The translations under genes and the position numbers were made by a program. A stretch of DNA of 64,000 nucleotides from Octopus sinensis. Lineage: Eukaryota. Shown piece by piece: positions 24,986 to 38,387 of the stretch; the stretch's first letter is position 1, and each line of letters begins with the position of its first letter. Location: positions 7,254,001 through 7,318,000 of the forward strand of contig NC_043002.1 in the NCBI RefSeq assembly GCF_006345805.1, read 5' to 3'. Below the pieces are notes generated by a model. That model did not search any database and had not been told where the DNA came from. It saw nothing but the letters and a program-made list of their open reading frames with translations.

Positions 24986-25276
24986 ATTCTCCTATGTATA
25001 CACTGTCATACTTATGTACACATATATACTTCCATACACATCTGCATAAGTATATAGAAATCATTAAAGGTGTCTCTTTGTCGTTGCTTCTCGTGCGAAA
25101 TTACTTTCTGACATTGTAAGAAGATAAGTATACATTCGCTAATATAATCTATAAACATTGTCTGAAAAAAAGAAGGACTGGATGGTCACAACTGGAACAG
25201 TTTTGATCATAGGGTTGACCTGATAGTAAACCAGTGACATAACAAATAGATATTATATATTGTTAATACGCCTTAC

Positions 25277-25442
25277 CTTCCAAGTATTTTACTGACACAG
25301 CCATGAGATACGCGGAGCTGTCGAGAGATATCACAAGGCCGTACCCCTTGGTGGGCCAATTCCACAATCCGCTGGCGAACGGCATCTGGTAGAGGTCGAC
25401 CATTTACAAATACCCCTCCTAATTGGTTAACACCTCCGTGAC
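25277..25442 (-). CDS. Pax2/5/8: Pax2/5/8 internal exon (166 bp), N-terminal (PAI) half of the paired domain
   Basis: Translates (G)[54 protein letters not shown](R), nearly identical to the vertebrate PAX2/5/8 paired domain. Acceptor ttttcctttctccgtAG (AG at 25444-25443, phase 1) and donor AG|GTAAGG (GT at 25276-25275, phase 2). Intron positions match PAX2/5/8 (established knowledge). Confidence 0.97.
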
Positions 25443-26679
25443 CTACGGAGAAAGGAAAAGAAGTAAAATCAATGTAAGTGCAAGTCAAATACTTTATTCT
25501 TTGTTTTTTTTCGTCATACTTATAAAAAAAAAAAAAGGATATTTCAAAAATTAATTAGAGTACAGAGTTCAAGAAAATGAAATTACTTCGAAAGAGTCTA
25601 ATCTAATGGAACCAGTTACATTTCAAATATCTCAGATGGACAGAATGAGATCTTGACGAAATTCATTAATGCTTTTTTTTTTCCATTATTAAGTGCATCC
25701 TAATCAACTATCAACGATTATATTCTCTTTTTTTTTTTTTTGATATTTTCACAAATATCCCCCTCCATGAGAGGGGGGGATTTTAGCTCCAAAGATGCAG
25801 GGAATTAATTATACGTTTAGAAATTAAATTTAGATTTGCATAGCACCAACGTTTACCAGCGTTGGATAAAAAGAAAACAAAAATTAAATATACAAACAAC
25901 ACTTATTCCATATTTCTGATGCAAATTATTACAAGTCAAACATTCCTTCAAGTAAATATTAACTTTATTATATTTTATCCAAATTCCAAATTGTAACTAG
26001 ATAAACACGGCTTATAGAAGAAATTTCCGATAACCCCCACACACCCACTGTCTGCGGAGATGTTAGAAATTTATCATAATGATGTTTGATGTTATAGCAA
26101 ATTTTCCCTCGTGTTCACAGTGAAGTATAAAAAGGTGGAGAGGGGGAGGTTTCTTTGATATTTATAAACTTTGTTGTATTTTCTTGAAACTTCATAACAT
26201 CATATTTATTTAGGTAATCCCGAAATTCGGGTGATAATTTCTTCTCAAAGCATTAGAAGTATAACTTTCGGTGCATGTTTAAATAGAGCAATAGTCCTTC
26301 CCAGTTTTTGTCTGTATTTATTGTTTTTATTATTTTTTTTTTCTTGAAACTTTACCACTGATAGATTTCAAGAAGTGATAAAGAAATATAGAACAGCAAT
26401 ATCTGCTTGTTCTGAATATAGCACTATCCAGATGAGTGACTTCAAAGCAATAGATGGCTGTTTAGCAAGCCCGGGAATACAACAAATCGCTTGGAGTAGA
26501 TTTTTTTTATCCGATATCCTTGAGTCAGGGGTTCAGCACAGTACCCTCTATCATATATTAATTGCAAATATAGTTACTAAAAACTAATTTAAATTTTGAG
26601 AGGGCTGACTATAAAGATGTGCAACACGTTGTTAACGGTTGGTGGTACTTAATTGTTATATACTCAAAGTATTTATAGA

Positions 26680-26860
26680 ACAGTTGGTGAACGCTGCCAT
26701 AATCCCTGCCTTCAGCTCATCTTTGGTAAGAAGTTTTGTTGGTCTCTCGCGCAATTGCGCCCCACACTTAATAAGGAAGTTGCAGTCTGGGGAGTTAATT
26801 GGCCACATCAGATGTTAGGGGTGATGTGGTCGCAGAAATTGTCTGACAGCCATAACTGAG
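26680..26860 (-). mobile_element. Degenerate Tc1/mariner-superfamily transposase C-terminal fragment
   Basis: With indels reads WLSDNFCDHITPNI(W)PINSPDCNF...GAIARETNKTS...KDELKAGIMAAFTN, matching the WPPNSPDLNPLDY-VWG-VE motif of Tc1/mariner transposases. Confidence 0.7.
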
Positions 26861-27934
26861 TTCACCATTTCAATATGTTTACTGTTTTTCATGATAAGAA
26901 TAGGGATTTTCTTGGTCATTCCTTACATGTCGATGTTTTATTAGAATTCTTTACAAGATGATTAATTCTACAAGAACAATAAAATCCTCTCTTTACGTTC
27001 TGATTTCAAATCTCGCCGAAGTCAACTTTGCTTTCCATTCTTCTGGGGTCAATAGGAATGGAGTAGATGAATTAACTACGTATGCCTTCTTGACTGAGAC
27101 AACTATCTATTTAATCCAATATGCTCAGATAATCTATTGCTGTTCAGCTAAGTTTACTGATGAATTCTGGGAAATGTAACCGTCGAGCAAAATACACAAA
27201 CATTCTGCAGCAGAATTGAATTAAATCCAGAAAAAGGTGGTCCAATACCTCATCTGTTCAACCATTTCACTTCAGAACACGCACATAACAGTAGTAATAC
27301 TACACAAAACGGTAATGTTAGGACTAATATGTATGTTCTATACTAAAAAGGATTTTAAAATAAATTTCAAAAGTCACACGTAATTTGTATCACGACACAC
27401 TGCTACGAAACTACCCTTCTATGAAATTCTGAAGAATTAGTGAGAAATAGTTTGCAATCGAACAGCTTTTAATAAGATTGATGTGATTCTCCAGAATTTC
27501 TGAGATTTGTAAATCTACATAACAATATACCCCTCTCTACGCCTCTACCTCTCCATCAGCCCCGAAGAAAATAAATTAAGACTTCAGTTGCCCATCTACA
27601 TAGTTTATGGCCGACAGCTTATCTTGGAGTCACACATGCTTGAAGCCTGTTAAATTCTGACACATTCATTATTGGTGATCTTTGAATTTTAACGACTCTA
27701 ATGCCATCATTTTAACTCGTTCATTCTATTTCTGGCATATAATATTTCATAAGTCCACATTCCGTTTATGCAAATATCCAATTAGATCCCAAATCATATC
27801 ATATCATACCAAACTATACAATTGTTCTCGTGCAAGCGGATATAGAGAGAAGCAGAAGAACGGAAGAAGGAATAATTTAAAATCAGAAGGGTTAATCAAC
27901 AGCAGTGTCCAGTACTGATGTTTCCGATGAACCA

Positions 27935-28110
27935 ACGAAGGAATCTTCTCTTCGTTCATCCTCGACCTGCTGAAAATGGTAGTCAAATTACTTCCAAATC
28001 ACGCCCTGTGGTTTCAAAACAATTAGAGCGCATTGGATAATTTAATCTTACATATACTATATCTGAGAGGCAAGAGAGATGGCATGGGTACGATTGGAAT
28101 ACTTCTGTTC
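27935..28110. repeat. Old interspersed repeat (family C)
   Basis: CTCGACCTGCTGAAAATGGTAGTCAAATTACTTCCAAATCACGCCCTG resembles stretches at about 16200-16340, 45870-45915 and, reversed, 9860-9950. Confidence 0.45.
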
Positions 28111-28253
28111 TTAGGTTTACACAACCATGTGAGACCAACAAAATCTAGTTAAACAACAAAAGCTACCTGTTTTCAATTATCAAACCATTTATATTTCTCT
28201 CTCACCGGCTTCACAGAGCAACAACAGCAATAATAATAATTGTTGTTATTAAA

Positions 28254-28390
28254 TCGTTAGTGCAACGAACAGAACGCTTAGCGACATTTCTTTTGGTTCT
28301 ACGTTCTGAGTTCAGATTTCGCCGAGGTTAATTTTGCCTTTCATTTTTTTCGGTATCAATAAAATAAGTGCTAGTTTCTCTTCGAAATAC
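28254..28390 (+). mobile_element. Degenerate family A SINE
   Basis: TACGTTCTGAGTTCAGATTTCGCCGAGGTTAATTTTGCCTTTCA matches the family core. Further degenerate copies at about 12095-12260, 16460-16615, 26990-27070, 41690-41800 and 56180-56620. Confidence 0.7.
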
Positions 28391-29049
28391 TGTTTAAAAA
28401 TTCAATATGGCAGAGTCTTCTTCGCCAAACGGAGAAGATGTTGGAAGGTAGTTTTGTAGGCGAAATTGCCTTTCGCAGTCAATCTTTTCCGGTTGATCTA
28501 ACAAGCATGGCAAGAGGTAGTATAAACAGAATCGACAGCAACAGCATCACCACCACTGACAAAAACAAAAGAAAAAAACAAGAGCACCAGTAGCACCACT
28601 GTCATTACAAAAACCAATCAAAACAACGAACGAGAAAAACAATGAAAGATAACATTTTTTTTTGTTTTACACAGAACACGTGCAAACTCAATTGCTGCCT
28701 CTACTACCAATGATGCGAACACAATCGCTGAAAACGACAAAAACCACAAATCAAGCGTTAACGGTTTGGCAACTCCAGTGCGTTGAACACAAGAAAATGT
28801 AAAGCAGTCAATGGACGATTTAAAATCTACAAGAAGCATATTATAAAAAAAGGAAGAAAGGTTACTCTCAACGCTCCTGCAGCCATTGTACAGGACACAG
28901 TCCGAAAAACGGGCGACACGAAATGAAAAGTGCTTACATCCAGTGTGAGACACGAAGACTTCAGTTGTAAGAGAGATCGATATGGCCCTATTGAGATGAG
29001 ATTTGCCATTGAGAAGGCGGTAAGGAAGTATTCCACTTTGACCTTAAAA

Positions 29050-29600
29050 AATGAAGACCCGTTTCTGTTACTAGTATATCTAAGTCGATATTTCCAGAGC
29101 TTCTTTGACAGTGAACAGGTTTTGTCACCGTTTGTCAAACTCCCTCTCACACAGCTCGTCTCTTTGGCTGAGCTGCATTCCTGGATCAAGCCTAGATCGA
29201 AGCAGAGCGCCTGGCACTTATAGTCTTGACAGGCGCTCACAGTCTACTGTCAGCCGGGCAATGCGGTCGGCGGAGAGAGGGAAGTGCTACCTCCCAGCAA
29301 TTTTGTTTATAGGTGGGTGAATGTAGCGCAAATGGGCCCGAGTGAACGGGCCTATCCCAAGCATGCTCTTCTTGGTTGGAAGTATATATAAAGGAGAAGA
29401 CACTTACCCAGGAGGACAAGGCGATCGTGTTTATTTTTGTGGCGTGTCCACGAGCAGCCCCAGGAAGTCTTCCTCTTTGGGGGATTTTGATTGTTATAGA
29501 TTTATTTATTGATTTTGTCTTTTGTTTACACGTTTTAATCCCATTTTATTTGTATTTCTTTTTATGTGAACCCTTAGAGGTTAATAAAGAAATTATTATT
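29050..29600 (+). mobile_element. 3' end of an L1/Tx1-clade-like LINE (degenerate ORF2 C-terminus plus 3' UTR)
   Basis: GC-rich island. One frame reads FFDSEQVLSPFVKLPLTQLVSLAELHSWIKPRSKQSAWHL*S*QALTVYCQPGNAVGGEREVLPPSNFVYRWVNVAQM, whose final F..RW segment is typical of L1/Tx1 ORF2 ends. T-rich UTR, AATAAA at 29583-29588, then (TTA)n. Clade assignment inferred. Confidence 0.55.
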
Positions 29601-29860
29601 ATCATTATTATTATTATTATTATTATTATTAATAATATTACTATTATTATCATCATCAGTAGAAGAGGTAGTAGTAGTAATAGTAGTAGAAGTAGTGGTG
29701 GTGGTGGTAGTAGTAGTATAGTTACATCTTGTACCAGATTTGTCTCAGAACACTGTATTTTGGGATATTTTATTGATAGTATGGAAAGTATGCTGCTAAA
29801 GTGGTTTATAATTGTATTAAACAGCTGTGGGTCAATTTTTCAGTAAATTTCTGGAACCAT

Positions 29861-29862
<2 letters not shown>

Positions 29863-29938
<76 letters not shown>
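29863..29938. repeat. (CT)n microsatellite
   Basis: About 38 uninterrupted CT units. Confidence 0.97.
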
Positions 29939-29941
<3 letters not shown>

Positions 29942-30535
29942 ATTTTTGTTTCGATGCCTTTTTTCCAATTTTGATAGGAAAAAATAATTTAGAAAAATAT
30001 TACTTATGGATTATTATATAACTTCAAAGTTAAATAAACGAAGATCTGAAAGACTGTGTAAATTAAAATTAACTAATTAACTGATATACCATAAGCAAGT
30101 AGTAATTCCACTGTATTGATTTCTTATGAAAAACATCTTCAAACGTTGTTTTTCACTGACTAGTAACATAGCCCTTTAGTTTTAGAGGAGACGATGGGAA
30201 ATTGAATTATGTGACCTTTTACGAATTTCACAAGTTCAATAGTAGTTTGATAGAGGGGGAATATAGTTTCAATCAAGAATCGAAATTGAATTATAGCCGC
30301 GGTTTAATGGGAGCTTAGCTTTCGGATGAAACCAATGTGACACTAGTGGTCACATAATTGAGCCAAAAATCTGCTATTAAGTTCCTGTTATATTGTCCAA
30401 CGAGATTTATTCCATTAGTTACTGTTACTTCTATTATTCACTGAATTGCGATGGAACGATTCCTAAAAGATTTTAATCACTCATATTGACTCCAATGCTA
30501 TTTCTGTGTGATTCTTATATTATCAACATATATAC

Positions 30536-30752
30536 ATTTCTTTATTGCCCACAAGGGGCTAAACATAGAGGGGACAAACAAGGACAGACAAACGGATTAA
30601 GTCGATTACATCGACCCCAGTGCGAAACTGGTACTTTATTTATCGACCCCGAAAGGATGAAAGGCAAAGTCGACCTCGGTGGAATTTGAACTCAGACGGA
30701 ATACCGCTAAGCATTTCGCCCGGGGTGCTAACGTGTTTACCAGCTCGCCACC
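30536..30752 (-). mobile_element. Family A tRNA-derived SINE, type-1 tail
   Basis: Head GGTGGCGAGCTGG, B-box-like GAGTTCAAATTCC, core GTCGACTTTGCCTTTCATCCTTTCGGGGTCGATAAA, tail TTTAGCCCCTTGTGGGCAATAAAGAAA. Confidence 0.92.
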
Positions 30753-32591
30753 TTCAAAATATATACGTCAAATAAATAAATTCGACTTTTTTACGTAAAA
30801 TACTGATTTTACATAGCACACATACGCCGGTGGCTTCCACTGAGGTTCCAACGACCTTATTACACTCGATATTGGTCACCATTGGTTAATCCGAGACGCA
30901 GTAGAAGGCACAAACCCATGACAACTGGTAATGGGTACGAACCTAGACCCATGTGGTTACGAAGCATATTTCTTAAAACCAGTCATAAATGTGCTCATAC
31001 TCTTATTATCACTTTAGGTTATTAACACACTCGCGCAACTGACCTCTGTAGTTTCAGGGTACATAGCTTGAAGTTGCACTCTCAAGCTCAGGGTGCGAAC
31101 TCTCCAACCGCACATCAATATTCGCACCGACATTCTTCACCGTCATTTTCTATTTCTACCTCACACCCCTTCTATTAACTATTATTAAAGTTCTCAAAAT
31201 TTCATGATCTAATCACTTTATCCAAAGACAAGTTTTAAATGGGAATTCATAAACAATATCGCGTTGTAAGTTCTGAAAAGATATTAACGATATATGAAGG
31301 GCTTTATAATGACAGATCGCTCAACAAATACTAAAGGAGAAGAAGATGATAAATATCACAAATGATAACAGAATTTATAGTCGATGATAAAAAAAAAAAT
31401 AAAAACATCAGCAACAGGAACAAGAACAAGAATAACAGCAGAAACAAGGAGGCTGCGAGAATAAAGAAAGTAATTTCGATGTTACGATAAAGCCAAGTGA
31501 TGTCAGCGATGAGAGAAACTTGCAGCTTTAACAAACATTAGGAAAATATTTTGTTTTCTTTTCATGTTTATTGTTATCTTTTCTGTCTGATAATATTTTT
31601 CTTGTCTTTTTTTATTTTCATCTATTTTTTACATTTTTTTAAATGCAATATGTATAATATTTACAATTCCGCGAATAATGCTAATGGTGAACGCATTGTG
31701 GGTATTCTTATACACTCGAAATAACGCACAATACTCATTATACACACACATACATACACACACATTCCGGAAGAAGTGCGTTAACGAGTAATTCGGCACA
31801 AGTATATTAGGAAATATTGGAGATAGTCAAAATAAGTAAAGAAACTTTGAGTGAAAGATTTTAGTCGACCTACGTAAGAGATGAACAGCTATAAAATAGG
31901 AAACTCAGCGACACCTACCGACACAAGAAAATACGCACGCACACGTATGCGTGCGTGTGTTTGTGTGTTTATCCAGAGAGAGAGAGGGGGGAGATGGAGA
32001 GGGAGAGAGAACGCGAATACATTTATATATCCTGAAATATATATTCACACACAAATGTGTCTGTGTGTTTAGAGAGCGATATATATAAAGATAGATAGAT
32101 AATCTGTCTCCTGCTAGCCTTTCTAACAAAGGAGAAATATATAAACAGAAGAATGAATCTGAGACAGTACACATTAGTCATTCAGTTTAAATGGGGGAGA
32201 GAGAGAGAAGTGTTTCATGCCATGAAAATCCCATGACTTCCTAGCAGATAATTTAGTTGCAGCAGGAGAAAGTGTAAAGGTATTTTAGATAGCCAGGGAA
32301 TGTAAGGCGGATTGTACTTGCGACGACTCTTCTCTGCATTCTGCCTGTTCTGTGTCTGTTTGCATGCGTGTATGTATATTACAATGGAAGAGCCTAATAT
32401 CTATCCGCAGGGATGAATATGTTTATATATATATATATATATAGTGTAAATGCGTAGATGGATGTCTTTTGTATTTTCTCTATATTTTCTAAAACCTTTT
32501 TGCAAGGACGAAAATAAATAACTCAAGCATAGACCTGGCAATATATTCTTCGCTTTACCATTGACAAAGTTTGTTCTTCATATATATGTCG

Positions 32592-32650
<59 letters not shown>

Positions 32651-32743
32651 TAGATAGATAGATATGTAGATAAATAGATAGATATGTAGATAAATAGATA
32701 GATATGTAGATAGATAGATAGATAGATAAATATGTAGATAGAG

Positions 32744-32775
<32 letters not shown>

Positions 32776-33329
32776 GTGTGCGTCGCATGTGTGAATTATG
32801 TATAAGAGCAATATTTCTGTCTGTGCCTGCATACATCTGTGCCTTCACGCATGTGTGTATGTAGGTGTGTGTTTATGTTTGGACGGTGTATATTGCCGAG
32901 AAAACCGATAAACCGGTGTTTCTGAATGATGTCCTTCGTGAAAATTGTTCCGCCTGAATTACAAACAATCCCAATTCATTCGCTGTATCGTAAAATGCAA
33001 TGAACCAGTAATTTATTCGTTAGAAGCCTGTAACCAAACTATTTTCCACAAATGCTATATAAAATAACATATAAATAAACACCCAATTATCAGCTACATA
33101 AGCACAAATAGTTAAATAAATGTTGTCCAACAAATGGAAGAGCTGTGGGTTAGTGTGACGATCAAAGTATTCTAGCCTTAGTTTTTCCCTCTTTACTTCA
33201 TGATGGTAGGTGTGGTCGTAATCATTTTATTCCTCACCTAACAGATATAACAGATATTTGTTGGTCCGGTCGTGACCCACTAATTTTTCTGTACTGCTCG
33301 AATGAATCGTTCGAATGATTTGTCTAAAT

Positions 33330-33597
33330 CAGTGGTTCGCATCCATTTTATTTTCTTTGTCTCTAGACCCATTTGTTTCATATTTTACTCAGGTGGAGGG
33401 ACTCTCATAGCCATTTCATGCCTAAAAAACCCTATTGTGTTTTTATGATTAAATATTATTAGGAATTATAATTTTAAAATGTTTAAATATTGTGTATTGT
33501 AGAAATATAACCAGTTTATTGCACATAAACTTTGACAACAATTATTATACCCCCTTTTAACAACAATTATTATAGGGACCCCCTTTCAGAACTACTG
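33330..33597. mobile_element. hAT (Charlie-like) MITE
   Basis: Termini CAGTGGTTC (33330-33338) and GAACTACTG (33589-33597). 8-bp flanks GTCTAAAT / ATCTATAT match 6/8 and resemble the NTCTAGAN hAT target preference. Confidence 0.6.
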
Positions 33598-33935
33598 ATC
33601 TATATCATCTTATAGAGGATGTAAGCTATCTCATCAACTTGTTGCAGTTCTTGTAGTTTACACGAAAGTCAGTCCCGAAAGAGCAGTCCCATTACCTACC
33701 ATCCGTTTCCTTATACGATAGAGAACATGATATAATGTATTTCACATATTATATAGTATATGATAAATTAATATCTGAAGTTAAATTTCTTGTGGGTATT
33801 GTTTAGTACCAGGTCAATTCTGATCAAGCAAAACTTACGATCAGGCCATTAAGAGTAATCACCAAGTACAGGAGCTCAGAACCACTTAATCCTACATGTT
33901 CTTTTTCTAAGATGGTGGAATGTACTTTAACAAAG

Positions 33936-33973
<38 letters not shown>

Positions 33974-33982
33974 TGGCTGAAA

Positions 33983-34083
33983 AGTACCAGTTTCGCACTA
34001 GGGTCGATGTAATCGACTTAATCCCTTTGTCTGTCTTTGTTTGCCCCCTCTATGTTTAGCCCCTTGTGGGCAGTAAAGAAATA
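33983..34083 (+). mobile_element. 5'-truncated family A SINE (3' half only)
   Basis: AAGTACCAGTTTCGCACTAGGGTCGATGTAATCGACTTAATCC...TTTAGCCCCTTGTGGGCAGTAAAGAAATA. Confidence 0.9.
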
Positions 34084-34674
34084 TATTTCAAGCAGATCGA
34101 ACAACCAAGGAGAAGTTTCAGTGATATACAAAAGTCAATGACCACTTTGTCAAAAAGTATAATGATCATAAGGAAATTTAAACATTGGTGTATCGTAATT
34201 TCTGTGTTTATATCAGAGATGTCCTTCTGACAAAATAGCAAGAAGATTGTTCACAATCCTCATTTTTCTACCTCCTCATCATCCTTATCATATATCAAAA
34301 TGGCGTCAAGTCAAGTGAAAAATTTTGGAGTATGTTTGTTTAGCATGAATCCGCTAGAAAATTTCCTGGAGAGTAAAAAAAAAAGGAAAATTTTACGATT
34401 GGACAAATACCAGGCCTACTAGATTTATGGGTGGGGGTGGGGAGGCGCACGCGCACGTGTGTACCTCCACGCCTGCTCTCACAAACATTCCAATATATTT
34501 TACTATCAAAGCAACTTTTTTTCTCGGAACTAGATGTGCCAGAAACTGATAACGATATTTATCTATGTTTGTGTATATATCTGAGTGTATGCGAGTGCGT
34601 CTGTATGTGTACACGTGAGGTAGGTGTGTGTGTGTGTGTGTGTGCGTATATATATATATGTGTGTGTGTGTGCG

Positions 34675-34705
<31 letters not shown>

Positions 34706-34879
34706 ATCTGTGTAAGTACGTTAGAATATGCCTAAGTATATAAGCCGAATCGAAAACAACGTATCAAGATAGTTTCATACGCATGCGAAGATACAAATTA
34801 CCTTGTTTAATACAATATAGAATTTGTACAGTTATTAATACACACATACACAGAAAACACGCAGAAGATAATACACAAT

Positions 34880-35130
34880 TGCGTGCGCGCGAAGGCAAAC
34901 ATGTCCTACCCTCCCATTCAACAAACCAAACACATATGAAAAATACGGTCTGACCTCAGCTCCTCGCCCCCCGCTGTCAGAGCTTGCCAATCACGTCAAC
35001 GAGATGTGGTCACGTTAATACAATAACAAGTCGGCTGAATTAGAAGCTGCTTATTTAATTTGCTTTCTAAAAGGATGAGGTGAGGCTGACAACAATAAAA
35101 ACATGGTGGATTTATTGCATTCATCGGCGA
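34880..35130. promoter_or_regulatory. Candidate promoter or enhancer (unique, GC-richer island)
   Basis: Non-repetitive island with CCAAT (34987-34991) abutting CACGTCA (34992-34998) and a C-rich GC-box-like tract. Motif-based inference only. Confidence 0.25.
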
Positions 35131-35532
35131 CTCTCTTGTTTAACAATCAATGTGTGCTGTGTGTGTCTGTGTGTGTGTAGATGTGACTGACTGTGTGTCA
35201 CTGTAAGGTGTTTGTGAGTTTATTTCTGTAGGATATGGTTGTGCCAGTTCATTGTATTATGTTTGCGAGTATGTGGGTTAATTTGTGAGTGTGTTTGTGA
35301 CTGAGATTGGTTGTTACAGTTCACAGTGTGTATAGTTTTGCACGTGTCTGAGTATATACATACAGTTCTGTATAAATCTGTGTGTGTGTGTGTGTCTGTG
35401 TAGTTGATTTTGTATTACTCTGTGGCTGCATTTGCGAGTTTGTCTTTCTATGGAGTATAATTGTATCAGCTATTTTTCTGCATATTCCTGCGTGTATTTG
35501 TATGTGTGTGTGTGTGTGTGTGCATGACAGAG

Positions 35533-35572
<40 letters not shown>

Positions 35573-35888
35573 TCTTGCTTTTGTACCAGTAAAGTGTGTA
35601 TATTTGTGAATATGCATATAATGATGCGTGCAAGTGTAATGTTCTGTCCATATACACGGTGTGTATTTGTGTACGTGAATGAGTTTGTGATCTTTCGTAA
35701 GTTTGCTTTATGGCTGCACCAGTGTGTACGCCTGTGATAGTGCACACAATTATGTGCCTTCACCGTCTATAAAATGTGTGTAAATTGTATAAGATACACG
35801 GTTGTGTGCATTTTGTACATACATGCGTTTCATATATATTTGCAAGCGTGTATTTGTACGTTTGTGTATGCATAAATTCAATCACTCA

Positions 35889-35955
<67 letters not shown>

Positions 35956-36849
35956 CTATATCCTAATATCTGGTGACAAATATGTATACTTGAGACCTAG
36001 TAGATTTCATTCATTCAGACATACGTATAAGCAAATATTTACAAATACATAGACACGCATTTACGCATTTACGGCAACATGAGTGGGCAAAACTATGATA
36101 AAAAACATAAATAAAACAAGCAGCAGCACTTAATGAGATTATTCAGTGAAATTTATATGTCCTTCTAGAGACAGATAAGGAGAGAGCGAGTGAGAAATAG
36201 AGAGAGAGCGAGTGAGAAAGAGAGAGAGAGCGAGAGATCAGATCCATATAAGATAACCTCAGTGGTGAGCAAAGACTCCAGGGAGATAATCTGTCCCCAA
36301 CAGCTCAAATGTTAACACAGTTAACAGTCTTCTTCCCGTCATTATTGAGGGACTGAGGATATATTGTCATTCCTAACAGAGATTGTGTGCCATAATTGCT
36401 AACCTTTAGCAATCCACTCTCGCCCATCAACGAAAAAAGATAAACAACAACAACAATAAGGCACACATGATATGAAGATGTGATGATAGCAATTAACATA
36501 ATGTAAATTATTGAAAAAGGATGAAAACAAATCAGAGATAGGCAGTAGTAGTAGTAGTGGCAGTGGTTTTGGTGGTGGTAATTCTTGATGAGGGAATAAT
36601 GTAATGGCTGCAGGAAGAAATATATTCAATTCTCTTATACTGTACGATTGCAGCCATATTGGTGTCACAACACACACACATATGTACACACATGTACACA
36701 CAAACATATTCACAAGAGAAGTAAATATATGTCAGAAGAGAAAAGAATTATGAGAGAAAGTAGGGGTGGGGTGGTGGTGGTGGAGAGACAGAAGAAGCAA
36801 ATGAAAGGCTGTCGGATATAAAAGTAAATATGGGGTAAGATGAGAAGAG

Positions 36850-36881
<32 letters not shown>

Positions 36882-36927
36882 ATGTATGTATGTATAGATA
36901 TATACATACATACACACATACTGAGAG

Positions 36928-37000
36928 GAAGAAGAAGAAGACGAAGAAGAAGAAGACGAAGAAGAAGACGAAGAAGAAGAAGAAGAAGAAGAAGAAGAAG
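36928..37000. repeat. (GAA)n/(GAC) purine-rich microsatellite
   Basis: Directly visible, within a larger purine-rich low-complexity block at about 36540-37560. Confidence 0.95.
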
Positions 37001-37591
37001 CGAAGGCGTTAATGAGTGGAAGACTGAAAAGGGAAAAAGAAAAATGTGAGGGAACGAAAAAAATAAAGATATGAGGAAATAGAAATAGTGGGAAGAGTAA
37101 GGGGCAGAGGAGGGAGAGAGAAAGATGGAAGTGGAAAAGGTGGCAGAGTAATGGAGGGAGTAAGATAACCTTAAATGAATGACAGAGATTGCTGTAAGAT
37201 TGAAAGGTTGTACAAATGACAATAATTCTATTAATGGAAACGCTGGTGGTAATTGTAGCCATGGTTTCTGCTGATAAAGGAGCCGCCTAGAGACTCTATG
37301 CAATATCTCGACCTATTAGAAATAGCAAACAAATCCCACCACCTAAAGTGTTTCTTATGTAGTGGTACTAGCAGTGGTGATGTTAATGGTGACGGTGGTA
37401 GTAGTATGGTGTTGGTATTGTTGGAGGGAGGGACAAAGGGGACGGTGTGATTAGATGACTGTAGTGGTGCTGGTATAGTAACAGACATGACGGAATGATC
37501 ATGATGGTTGGCACCTGCAGTGATTGCAATGATGGTAATATGGCGATGGTAGAATGGTGTTGACGAAGTTGGTGGTTGCTGAGATTATTCA

Positions 37592-38032
37592 TTTAAAATT
37601 TTGGCACAAGGCCAATAATTTCTAAGGAGGGTGTAAGTTAAATACATCCACCCCCGTGTTCAACTGGTACTTTATTTTATCGACCCGGCAAGAATGAATG
37701 GTAAAGTCGACCTCAGCAAAATTTGAACTTAGAAGGTAAATACGAATGAAACGTTGCTGGCATTTTGCAGGAAGTTCTAAAAGTTCTGCCAGTTCGCCGC
37801 CTTCTTTATAATAATGTTTTCAAATTTTGCCACAAAGGTAGCAATTTTGTGAGAAGGGGATGAGTCGATTACATCGACCCCAGTTTTAACAACTGGTACT
37901 TATTTTATCGACTCCGAAAGGATGAAAGGCAAAGTTGACATCGGTGGAATTTGAATTCAGAACGTAAAGACAGACAAAATGCCGCCAAGCAGTTTTGCCC
38001 AGCATGCGAACAATCCTGGTAGCTCACCGCCC
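37592..38032 (-). mobile_element. Tandem pair of family A SINEs (type-2 tail)
   Basis: Two same-orientation copies (37592-37801, 37817-38032), each with a GGCGG(C/T)GA head and a ...CC(T)TTGTG(G/C)CAAAATTT tail. Confidence 0.85.
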
Positions 38033-38387
38033 TGATGGCTGTGATTATTGTAGTTATGGTTGGGCAACAACATCGGTGGAATGGATACGACGGTGAGACA
38101 ATTGCAGTAACGATGGTGTGACTATGTTTGCAGAAGATAGGACGATTATGGTCGGATGGCTGTTGCAGTTCTGGTTTCGATGATTGTGATGATTCTTCAG
38201 TGTATATGATGGCAGAATGAGTATAATGGGGGTGTCGGTAAAATGATGATTGTTTGGCTCTGTTCGTTGACGAAGTAAGAATAAACGTTTCGGGTAGTGT
38301 AGTCAAGATGAAGGCAGTGCTGGCTGCGATGTGTTGGAGTTGGTGGTTGTTGCATTACTGAACACCACAACAGTGGATGTTATTATA

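Noticed and set aside
25443-25488. [15 protein letters not shown] as the Pax N-terminus
   Set aside because: It is the polypyrimidine tract and acceptor of the conserved phase-1 intron.
27892-27971. Gene-strand acceptor followed by QVEDERREDSFVGSSETSVLDTAVD*
   Set aside because: The acceptor lies in the family C repeat, there is no good phase-1 donor, and it ends in a stop.
28407-28453. Plus-strand MAESSSPNGEDVG with AG|GTAGTT
   Set aside because: Too short, weak donor, no supporting downstream exon.
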